Part shown: piece after piece, positions 25,029 to 36,947 of the stretch | How the letters are laid out: each line of letters begins with the position of its first letter | How positions within the stretch are numbered: the first letter of the stretch is position 1 | Origin: Saccostrea cucullata | Taxonomy: Eukaryota | DNA: 64,000 nucleotides | NCBI RefSeq assembly: GCF_032062105.1 | Contig: NW_026929448.1 | Location: 248,001-312,000, forward strand | Reading direction: 5' to 3' | Program-made: the position numbers and the translations under genes | Notes under the pieces: model-generated | Told to the model about the DNA's origin: nothing | The model's input: the letters and a program-made list of their open reading frames with translations, nothing else | Databases searched by the model: none

Positions 25029-27120
25029 CTGTTAAAAATAAAAAAAGTCTTATATTGTAAATACTTTTTAAAAATCCTGATTAATCTTCACAAAACAATG
25101 TCAATTTGGTACTCATATATATAAAGAAAGTCCAAATATTTATGATATTGGAGTAGTTAAAATGTTTTGAGTTCAAAAATTTTAAAATAAAATCTTGATA
25201 TTTACATTCATTAGAAAAACCATTTGTGATTTTCATTATGCCAATAAATACTAAGGGAGATAATTTTGTTCTGATAAAACATCGTTGATTAATTATCTCA
25301 AATGATTATGTATGGGGATTTCTTGTTTCCAATATCATCACCATTATAACAATATAAAACTAGAGGTACTGTGAGCAATGGGCTCACTAAATGATACCCC
25401 CCGCCTCCCATATATGTATAAATGGCAGTGTCCATGTTTTGCTATGGGAAACCCAAAATATGTGTCATAAAAAGTAAAATAGGAAGTGTCTTTTAGCTAA
25501 GTACTGATGACCTTAGCTATGCTCACATGACCTTTGTTCAGAGTTAACTCCACTCAAAATTCACTGAATACAAACATATATATATATGTGGTTGGATGTA
25601 AATTATAAATGAAAACAATCCAAAAATTTTCTCATAAATTGAAATAGGTCATATGAGTTCGCAATAATGAGAAAATACTGACATAATAGTACAGACATAT
25701 CATATATTACCCCCCCCCCCTTCCCTTAGCATCAATACTTAGTTCAGTAACCGTGTAAACCACAGAAATCAACCCTACATATCTCTGTCAGTGACCTCCA
25801 ATGCTTGTAAAAGGGTAAAAATGAAAACATTTTCAGTGCATTATCATCTAAGGGCTTCCAGTCTCTTAAATTCATGTGGTTGGGATACATAGGGTTACAA
25901 ATTGACAGAATAAATCTAGTACAAGTATTTTCTCCTTTACCATATCTTGTACTTACACTTGATACAGGTAGTGATAAGGAAATTATATTTTTAGTTTTAT
26001 GGATCAACTTTTTTGAAACAAAGCAGGAGGCTAATTTGTTTTTTTAAAAGGAATTATTTTAAAACTTTTATTATGAAAAGGGAGGTAACTTAATTTTTTC
26101 TTTACCTTCAAATACAAAATTGAATTGTCTCCCTTTCATTAGCAAGTTAATAAAATTATTCAATGCAGTTGCATTCATGCTTATTCTATAGTTTCTAAGA
26201 AATATTTTTTTGTTCATAAAAATGAAATGAATCTTAAGCATCAGTGTGGACTTAAAGCTTGAATAATGTTGGTTATCTCGGACCTCCATATTTCATTAGA
26301 CATCTAGAACTTTCCCATACAAAAAATGTCACTCCAGTACACAGTGTAGATTTACTGAACACCTGCTACAGAAATACACAACATTCCTAGACAGAGCTGT
26401 GTTAATATCAATGGTGTCTATATCAAACTGTCAACATTAGTACAAATTGTCATCTCTTCTGAATGTAGAATTACTTAAACTGAATACATTATCATGATTA
26501 TATAGGACTTTGTAAAAAATAAAAAAAAAATTCATCTGCTATTTCTCAAAACTGATCATACAACACCAAATGTATTTATTGAACAAAACTTCACACAATT
26601 TCAAAAGTTGATTATTACCCCAAAGACAGTATATGGTACATATATCTATAATTCAAAGCCTATCTGTCAAACAAATAGATGTATGAATAATATACCACAA
26701 GATGGTTCTGATAAAATTTTACAAAAAAGTTTGACATAAGATTCAGTATATACATGTATGAATCAGTGATTGAAGAGTGACACACAACATCTTACAATTC
26801 ATTACAGACTAGATGTTAATCTATCATTTCTTTTAAATCTTTTTATTATATACCCATCAATTTCCTTGTTTTTGTTACTGTTAATTTTACAGAGTTTGAT
26901 CCGATTTTCCGGATCACCACACTGTGGTTTTCTGAATCCATATCACCACTCTCTGAAACTGATGACGTAGTACGCAAAAACATGATGTTATTTTTCTTGC
27001 GCATTAAAAAGTCCTTAGTTATTATGCTTTGTTTTATGGATAAATGTTATACAATTGATCTCTTAAGTTTTATTCTGCTACATTTAGCTAGTTATAAGGG
27101 GGTATATAATAAATGTATCA

Positions 27121-27275
27121 TTATAACAGTAACTTGATCCGAAGAGCCGTATCACGTCTCGTTGACAGGCGCGGATCATCAGATCACACTCGACGCTTCG
27201 CGTCTCGTGAGATCTGATGATCCGCACCTGTCAACTCGACGTGATACGACCCTTCGGACCAAGTTACTGTTATAA
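27121..27275. mobile_element. Palindromic MITE (~155 bp)
   Basis: ttataacagtaacttgatccgaag... is an imperfect reverse complement of ...cttcggaccaagttactgttataa over its whole length. Confidence 0.65.
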
Positions 27276-27493
27276 TAATATATATTTATCATATTTGTGG
27301 TCAGAAAATTCATCTTTAACAGCTTATATTTGTTGTTTACACAATGAGCAATCATTTCTATTAGATTTGTAAATAAACACTTGAATACATTCATGTAAAG
27401 TCATTCTAAAATGACCTCTCTATTACAATGTAGTTATTTAGTATTGTTATAATAATTATACAATAAAATAAAACAGACTACAATGTTACTTAC

Positions 27494-28325
27494 CAGTCAA
27501 AGAGTCTGTATCTACCACTCTGTATAGGTGGACTGTGTTGTTGGCCCATGCCCCTACCCACAGTAGATTAGTGTCATCATTATAACTCAGGCCCTGTGGA
27601 TACTTTATCCCGTGTTGTTGTGTCAGTATCTCTGTCAGATAGTGACCATCACTATCTAACATCTTTACTGACGGTGTGTCTAGATCACAGACCAGGATGT
27701 GTGACAGCGCGTCAGTACAGATTCCTAGTGGTATTAATTGTGATCCTGATGGAGGACCTGTGTAGGAGAATCGGTAATTACCGTCACGATCTGTCACCAC
27801 TACAGCCTCACGTAACAAGTCAGACACAATAACATCTCCATTGCGGTTCTCTGTGATGTAGATAGGATCATTATACAGTCCCTGACCTGTGTTGTTGTGG
27901 TGCTGTATGGTCTGGATGTTTTCTCCTGTGGAGTTATACCGCACTACCTTGCCTGTCCTTGTATCACCTCTACACATCCCGACCAGCAGGTCTCCAGTGG
28001 AGGGGGAGCTGTAGACACTCCGTGGTTCCCATGGTGCTGTGTTGTACTTTATTATCGTAGTCTTTTCTCTGTTATCTTTGGACAGTTTAATGATGTTATA
28101 TTCACTGTCTATATAAATTAGATCACCATTAGAGTCCACAGCGTGTACTCCCACATCACTACCTATATCTGTCACACTGTCTAGTTCTTCCCCTTTAGTG
28201 TTTGTCAGTATAAGATTGCCTTCATCATCACTGATCCAGACCCGGTCTGATGACACACGTGAAATGTGCCAACACTGACTAACACCAGACACGGTGACAG
28301 ATTTCTGGTACACTCCTCTATACAT
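27494..28325 (-). CDS. Roco gene exon 1 (coding): NHL-repeat beta-propeller, TRIM2/3/71-like
   Basis: PIYITENRNGDVIVSD, PLGICTDALSHILVCD, PQGLSYND repeats. Donor G|gtaagt at 27493 (phase 1). ATG at 28325 is the first in-frame start after two stops. Confidence 0.82.
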
Positions 28326-29264
28326 TATTTACAGCAGACCTCTATTTCTTTATCCTGATGTTGTACAACAGAATCCCGTGTGGATTTCCTCAGTCAGGGA
28401 GATCTCTCTGTAAATTACAACATTGTAACAGAATTATCTACATCAGTTACATGTCTATCTGTAAACATTAAATGTTTTAGATCTATATTTTATCTTAATA
28501 CACTTCTTTTAATTAAATCTAGAACAATAACTTATCTCTGTTCACAATTAATCAAATTTACACAAATATAGAAACCTTAACACTGACTTCTGAAATCTTT
28601 CATTGTCTCTGTGAAGTGCAGGGTCCAAGTACTCTCAATGGAAGTTTATCTAAAATGAAAATATGTGACAGATTAAAACATACCATGTATTCATAATAAA
28701 AATACCGACGATTATAGACATCAGTAACATGCTTTTATTTACAGTGTACGCAGTGAATAACATGTATTTATATTAAAGTTTTGGTTTAGAACTTAAAGAT
28801 CACACTATTATTAAGACACAGACACACATAAATACCTTTGTACATATACTTGGTTCTGAATTCTTTCTTTTCTTTGTATAGCAAGGTCCTAGTATTCACA
28901 GCGAAGTCTGTTTTAAAATCAAAATTTAAAGATTAAAACAAAAAAGAATTAGAGCAGTCATTCAAAATTTTTCTGCAGTGCATGAATTATAAAATATTTG
29001 AAATGTAAACTGAAAAATTGACTTCAAATATTTCCTGTTGTTTATACCGGGTAAACTTTATATACAAACTTATAAATTGTATAAAATCTTGATATTCAAC
29101 CTTTACTTTATATATTACAGTATTAAATTATTTTTTTGATATTTTTCAAATATCCATTTATAAAGTAACAACAATGTGCAGTATTAAATGTAGATATTTG
29201 TGATGATGTACCACACTTTATAGATACTGGTATGATCTATTGGTGTGATGTGTTGGTACACCGT

Positions 29265-29508
29265 TATATAAAGTAACATAGAAATGTATACCACACTGAT
29301 GCCTTGTGTCTTGTAACAACTGTACAGTTATATAAGGTAACAGAGAAATGTATACCACTCAGATTTCTTGTGTCTTGTAACAACTGTACAGTTATATAAG
29401 GTAACAGAGAAATGTATACCACACTGATTTCTTGTGTCTTGTAACAACTGTACAGTTATATAAAGTAACAGAGAAATGTATACCACACTCATTTCTTGTG
29501 TCTTGTAA
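29265..29508. repeat. Minisatellite, ~64-bp unit, about 4 copies
   Basis: gtaacagagaaatgtataccacactgatttcttgtgtcttgtaacaactgtacagttatataa repeated head to tail. Confidence 0.85.
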
Positions 29509-32500
29509 CCACGGCAAGGTTTCTATTACTTTTGGTTTGTGTCCTTATGGCCTGGCGAAAGAAAAAAAAAACATTATTATTCATCATCCTACAGAAACAT
29601 GTATTTAATTCATTTATTTTATTTTCATTTTGATATTTCACAAGTCTTGTACATGCATTATCTCTTAGAGGTCCTTCCTTATGCCTTACACATTGAATTT
29701 TGAAAATTTTGGCCTGAGAAACAAATAATTTATTTTTCATGGCCTTACTTTTATAGATTATGAACATATTAAACATTAACATTAAGTGGTTTAAAAACCT
29801 GTATGGAGGTGACAATTTTCTTCCCTTAAAAACTACAGCACATCCTGGGAAATCTGTAAAAACAAATTCAAAATCACTGATATATCAAAGTATAGATTCA
29901 AAATGGATCTAACATTTAGTGTGTGATTTAGATATAAATTTGGGACATATATGTTTGCTATTTACAGCTATATATATATGGGTATAGAATGTACAATGGA
30001 CTTGTAAAACAGTGCAAGTGAACATGTAAAGTTACAAAATTATGATTTTCTATTTTCATGTTACGTACAGTATTTTTTTTTTTTTGGGGGGGGGGGGGGT
30101 CACTTTCAAAATTCTTTATGTAAAATTCATGAAATATTCGCTGCGGTAACTTTCAAGTATCGTGTACATGTACTTTATAGCCTCGTGAACTTCTAGAATA
30201 GGAAAACATGATTTATACATTAACCTTTTAATGATATAGAGTATATACAAAATAATTATAATATAACCCTGTACACTGGAAAGACCATCCTCTTCTTTTC
30301 CACAGTTGCACTTTACATCTTGTGAAATCTATAAAAAGATTTATTCCATGATAACTCTCACGTTAAGAATATCATAAAAGAAGGCGTACATCAAAGGTTT
30401 CACATAACATGCATTCAACCTTATTACGAGCTTTGTCAATTTAACGTCAAAAACACGCTATAACGAAGTCAACCTACCTATCAATTTCAAAATTGGTTTC
30501 AAAATCAGCTGTATAAAATTGTAATTACATTTTTAAACCCTTTATTTTTTTAAGTTTGTTTCATTTGTCTTCATCGGCATTTGTTTTGTGCATCAAGGCT
30601 CGCAAAAATAATTTGATATACAGTAATCCATATACAGCTTGATACAGGCCTTAAGCAACTGATTTCCATGTGCATGAAGGGGGAGGGGGCTCTGAAAAAT
30701 TCTGCATACTACAGCTAGAGCTATGCTACACGTATAACATAAGATTTTTTCAAATTATAGATTTCTTCCGTATAAATTCAGAAGAGATGTAAAGCCCCAG
30801 CCACTAAGGGTTACAATTGATATAGCCCATTTTTATGAAAACTTTATCGGAGATAACATGTAACAATTTTGCTATGAAAGTACTATCAGCCAAAGTAGGC
30901 AGATCATAATAGAAAATATTAAAACAAACATTATTATTTACTAAACCTAGAAACTGTTTTGAATTGAATTTTGGTTAGAAACACACGCATATGGTCCACG
31001 TATTGTAGTCCTTTTTTAAAAGACAGCAACTTGTATAACAATTATCACTTCAACACCTGCGTTATTAAAACATAGCCAGTGGAAAGCAAATATCAATGTA
31101 ATTTGTAAAAACAGTCAATTACATTCAAGAAAATTATCAATAGATACCAATTTAAGAACTGTTTAAGAGGCTGTCCACCGAAAAACCAGGCAATGGGCGG
31201 CACATCGCATGTCATGGATTTTAATTATTTTTTGCATATAGACTTATTAAAGCAAGTGTTTACACATGACAACATCAAAAAATTTTAAAGTGCTCCTCTA
31301 GTCCTAGTTTTGGTAAATGCTTAATTTTAAGTGCAAAAAGGTCAACTTGAGGGTTAAAAAAAATACTACGTTTTTATTTTGTTTTATATGTAACAGATAC
31401 TCCAGAGGTGGATGTGCAAATGAATATCATTTATAGAATAGACTTTTATCTTTTTTCTATGAATGAATAAGACTCCAATTCATACTTCTTTAGAAAAAAT
31501 TATCTGGTCCAAATTTGAGTTTAACAAGTAAATGTTTAAATTCAGTATCCAAATTTAATTACATTATAAAACCCAATACAATACAAGGACATATTTGTTT
31601 ACTTATATTTTTATGAATACAAAGTACAAACTTTTGGGTCATTCAATAAAATCATTGGGAAAAGGTATTTTGAAAGAAATAAAAGGAGTCAAATTTACTT
31701 ATTTTTTATAGATTTCACAAATGAAACCGATCCCGACCGGAATTGTATAAAGAAGAAAATACTAAAATAGTAGTGTCAAATTTGGCTCTTTTGTTGTAAT
31801 ATCATTAAGAAATTACTGGATTTTTTTTTAACATATTATATAGGTGACAGGTGCCTTTAGTTTGATAAATTTATTAATTTTCATTATTTTCGATCGGGAT
31901 CGGTTTTATTTCAATCGGGATCGGTTTTTTCCGTAAATTCAGAAAAAAAATGCTAGTCTATTATTTCTTTTCAGTCAGTTTACTGTTTTTAAATGAATGT
32001 AACCATAGATTCAAATGTATGTATTATTTAAATTACCAATGTCTTTTACTTACATGAAGATTACATGTAAAACATCTGATCTGATTGATTTCTTAATACA
32101 TACTAGGGATTTAAAAAAAATTATTTGTGCATGCATTATGCAACAACCAGAGCGGACAACTTTCTAGCTTCATTATTCATCTCATTTCCAAGTAAAATTT
32201 CTTTTTTATTTCTACCAGGAATTAAAGAGTAAATTCTATCAGTAGCCAAATTAAAATTGCCTAAATGCAAGAAATATTTTTATGTGTACAGTCTCGACTT
32301 TATCCAAGTTTTTTCTTACCTGTCATCTGTAAAGCCTTTTCCTCTTTTACAAAATTTGATTTTATATAAATAAGAAAATATTAAGTTCTTTCATGTGAAT
32401 TATAATTATTCAAGAGCCGATAAATCGCAAGCAAGAAGCGAGGAAGGGGGGGGGGTGCGGGGTCATGGCATAATTATTTTTAAAAATTGGTTTCATGAAC

Positions 32501-32967
32501 GTGAAAACATTTTAGTATTGGTCAATATAGTCACAGGTTAATACTCCATATTAAATATGAGCGTGTGATTGTTTCAATCGCCGAATAAAAATTAAATTAA
32601 AGAAATAAAATAAAAAAAAAATATGTTTCACTAAACCACCTTCCGTTATAGTGCCAAATTATAGTCGGGAGTTCAGCAGTAATATTTTTATAACTTATTT
32701 TTCAGTTGTTTTTTTTTTTCATTTTTAATCGTACTGTTGATAATTTATTTTGATTTGATTGCATAGATAAATGTATTTAAGTTTTAGTTTTTACATCTAC
32801 CAACTTCGTTGAATTAAATGTTGCGTAAATCTAAAACATTCATCATTGATTCCCAATTTTATAAGAAATGTTCCGAATCATTATAAACACTTCATTAATT
32901 ATTTTAACGCAAATCCTGGTAAATCAATTTTTAAAACATAGTTCTCGGTCATGTATAAAATTACTTA

Positions 32968-33783
32968 CGACAGCGGAACATTAACTGGCAAAATTGGAAA
33001 TATACAGCTTACGTCATTTCTATCTGTTACAATCAAAACATTCAGTGATAGACAATGAAATGGGCGGGTACAATTCGACGCGGACGTTTGGAAAACATGG
33101 GATTGAAATTGCAGATCGAAAGTCATTTTCAATCCACCTCAGCTACCTAGAAGGCACATATTACTGATTGACCCAGAAGACAAATAATTTCAACTTTGGT
33201 ACAGTTTGAATTTTTTTTGTCCAGTGTTTTAAATGAATAAATATTTAAGGGAGAAATATTTCATTTCTGTTTGATAAATATATGTATAACATTGTCTTGG
33301 TGGGGGGTGGGGGGTCGAGCGATTTTTAAATAAATTTGTCCAACAGTTTTCAGTGAGAATAAGTATAAAACTCATGCACTATTATAATCCTATAAATAAA
33401 ATATATTGTCATGTTAAGCCATGACCTGACTCGACAATTTTTTACCCCCCCCCCCCCCCCTTCTAGAATCAAATATCTCCTGAAAAATAATCTTTGTCTT
33501 GAATGATCTTTGGCGTTCTTAAAATTATAAGCTAAAACTAATATTAATGTGAACTTCAAACAATATGTATTTGGGAGTTGAAATATAGTTGATTTTTGGA
33601 TCATACAGTCACTCTTTGCTTTGAAAACAGCTCAGGTGGATTGAAAATGAATTTCGATCTGCATTTTCAATCCCATGTTGTACCCGCCAATTTCGTTGTC
33701 TATCACTGAATGTTTTGATTGTAACAGATAGAAATGACGTAAGCTGTATATTTCCAATTTTGCCAGTTAATGTTCCGCGGTCT
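32968..33783. mobile_element. MITE with ~160-bp TIRs
   Basis: About 32971-33144 is the reverse complement of about 33629-33780; possible TA flanks. Confidence 0.65.
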
Positions 33784-34603
33784 TATCAAAACGTCATCTT
33801 GCTGAGAGACGCCGCCTGTGTACTGTGTAGAATACATTTTGATATTAAAATATTATTTAACATTTAGTATAATGCACTCTAAAGAATATTTAACTGAAAA
33901 TGAGAAAAAGCCAAATCATTTAAAAAAAAAAATTTTTCTTTACACTTTACGCAAAGAATTTACGAACTTCTCTGGAAAACTTGTAACTATTTCATTGTGA
34001 CGCAATATTATGACGTCACTGATACATCAATGGAAACATGGATTTAACCTGAATCTTATAGCCAATTTTATCTAAATATTATGTTTAGAGGCGATAATGA
34101 ATTATATTTTGAAAATAAATTATTTATTTTGTGATAAATAATTTTCTTTAGTGTATCGATTCTAAATATTTCACTAGAATTCCGATGAAAATGTGTTTAG
34201 CAGATTTACCGATGCCACGGGAGATAACTCTTGCTTCGCAAATTTTCATTAAAACGTCTATATATTTTGCCAGAAAACTTCTATTAAAAGTGTTTTTCCC
34301 AATGATTCTATTTTTTAAACAAAAAGATGAAAGATTTCTAGATTTATTTAAGTGTGAATTATAGTCCTGTTAAAATTGTATTGGAAATTGAGTCAAATGA
34401 TGCAAAAATCGAATCTTTTATAGCCGTTTTTCATTAATTTTGTTGTTTCTGGGTTCTTCTCTCCGTGAATTTTAAAGGCGTTATAAGTGTATTTTTAACC
34501 GTAAAATTTATTCCAGTTGTTTAAAAAATGGAGAGATGACCCAGAAATACCAAAATCTAAACTTTTTTTATTTATTTTCTGGTAGAAAATGTCCAATTGT
34601 ATA

Positions 34604-34790
34604 CAGTGGACCTTCAGATATCCGGACGCCAGATATCCGGATGCTTCAGTATCCGGACGATTTTTCATCGGAACGAATTTTTTAAATGTTATTTTGTCTT
34701 GTTTAACTGGTGATTCAGATATCCGTATGCTTCACATATCTGGACAAATTGACTGGAAACCAAAGTGTCCAGATAAATGAGGGTCCACTG
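34604..34790. mobile_element. pogo/Tigger-like MITE
   Basis: TA|cagtggacc ... ggtccactg|TA with internal atatccgga repeats. Confidence 0.75.
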
Positions 34791-36293
34791 TATAGAGCTT
34801 TGGCTTTAAATAATGATTTAAATAGCATAGACGTATAGTGTCCCGCAGTAGCTACATTGATTTGTCGATGGATTCGAGATATATATCAAAGCAGCATTTT
34901 AGGTTCGAATACAGTGATTTTTTATTCTATTTTTTTATTTATTTATTTTTTTTTTTTTTGCTTGAAATTTCTGAATTGGTAGTAAAAAAAAAATACTCCT
35001 TGCATAAAGTTGCAAATTATGTTTATATATATTATTTTACTTTAATTGTTATATTTTTCAATGTGTTAACATTTAAATTTGTCAATTATAGAGCTAACAT
35101 TCTCAAATAGAAATAAACATACATGAACTTGTAACTACAAAGTTACACCAATCCTGAATGATGAAAAAATATTGAGTATATTAAAAAAAAACTAGCATCT
35201 TTTATCTTTCCTTAACATTAACATTCAATTTTTTCTTTGCATTTGAAAACTGAGCACAAAAATTATTTAGCTTTAGTTTTTTATTATATTCTATTAAATG
35301 TATCCAGCATAGATAATGTATCTTTCATGACGCCTCTTAATTGAAAAAAAAAATTAAAAATAAACAAACATAAGACAGAAATCTATAGATACCCATGAAA
35401 TTTCTAGGTTCATTGTGGCAATTTATGCAATATATAAGCCAATAATTTAAAGATACTAGATGTATAAGATATGTATTAAAACTACATGGGGCTTGGGCAT
35501 TTGAATCTGAATTGTTTCGTGTCATTGATTCCTGCCGACTGCCTATTTAGTGCGCCCCCTTTCTTTATATCAATGTTATAGCCCACTTTTTTCTTCTGAC
35601 TCATTTCATTTCAGATTATGTCTATAGCTCTACATTAGCTGGAAAGCTGTTTGTTGTTGTTTTTTTTATTTTTTTATTTTTTTTTTTTTTGGGGGGGGGG
35701 CAAATGTTGAATGCCTAATTTAAGATGTTGCTGATATATTTATATTGAACGTAAATTGGAGAAAACAAAACCTTCTTGTGAAATTTTGAACAAGGCGCGT
35801 AGCATCGGTTTTGAAAGTGGGGGGGGGGCATCCAAAAAAATGGGGGGGGGGGGGTAGGTAAACTTTTTGTCAGTGTCAACTTCTTTCAGTACCAATTCTA
35901 ATGCTACATTTTCGGTACATCATTAAAAGTGGGGGGGGGCAACCAGGCTTTCGATTGACATTTCCTATAGCATAGGTAAGGTTGGTAAAAAAAGTGCCCC
36001 CCCTCCCCCGGCCCTCCCTGTTGCTACGCCCTTGCGAGCAATAAATCATTCTGCTCTCAAGAATATTATTCGTACTTACTGAAATTCAAAATTGATTGTC
36101 GGCGACGGTGCCTTTCTTTGTTATTATCGGCTGCATATAGGTGATCGATTTACATGTGTATTGGCAGTTGTTTTGAACATATTTTATTGATATAAGAATT
36201 GGAAACAAGTTCAGAATAACTTCGTTTTACAAATTTATTAAAACTCCAAAAACTTAACAAAATCATATCATACTACATCTTATTTCTCGAAAT

Positions 36294-36385
36294 AACGCGA
36301 AAGTTACGCGTTTATTCGCGAAAGTTTGGCGTTTATTCGCGAAAGTTTGGCGTTATAACGTGAAAGTTACGCGTTTATTCGCGAA
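36294..36385. repeat. 21-bp tandem repeat, about 4 copies
   Basis: cgcgaaagtt(ac/tg)gcgtttatt units. Confidence 0.75.
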
Positions 36386-36482
36386 TTGGCAATTTTTTGT
36401 AAGTTCTATATATAATCCTTTATAGGATCTGCCGCCATTATAGCTCCAATATGGCGAATATGTAAATGAGCAGAATGAACAC

Positions 36483-36615
36483 TGTCATATAAGTCGTCGG
36501 AGTCGCATCACAAAGACAACCACATGGAGGTTTCCATCTTTATTCTGTTAACTAATGTAAAACATAAAACCCAAATCTGACACATTGTATAATTCCGGAT
36601 TACTGATACATGACA
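36483..36615 (-). repeat. 3' LTR of outer Gypsy
   Basis: Direct repeat of 54404-54536; preceded on the minus strand by the PPT aagaggggaga. Confidence 0.95.
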
Positions 36616-36947
36616 TCTCCCCTCTTAAGTTTACTGTACAAATGATATTAATAAAAGTATTTGATGTAAAGTACACAATAAACTATTAAATTTGCATAGA
36701 GATTCTAATATTATTTTCTAAAGTCATTGAACTTTAACATGAGAGTTTTTGACTAGAATAAATGGAATTGTGTCCACAATTTTGAATAAACAGAACCAGT
36801 ATCAAATTGTAAACTGTTAACATATAAACAAATGAAAATATGCTTTATATGGTTTTCACTAGGCATACTACCTTCAAACCATATGTGGGGATTATTCTGC
36901 CCCTTCAAAGAAAACATAAAGTAACACAAGTTCATAAAATTTCACAA

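Noticed and set aside
29265-29508. CRISPR-like periodicity (also 36294-36385)
   Set aside because: Head-to-tail units without unique spacers, no cas genes, eukaryotic context.
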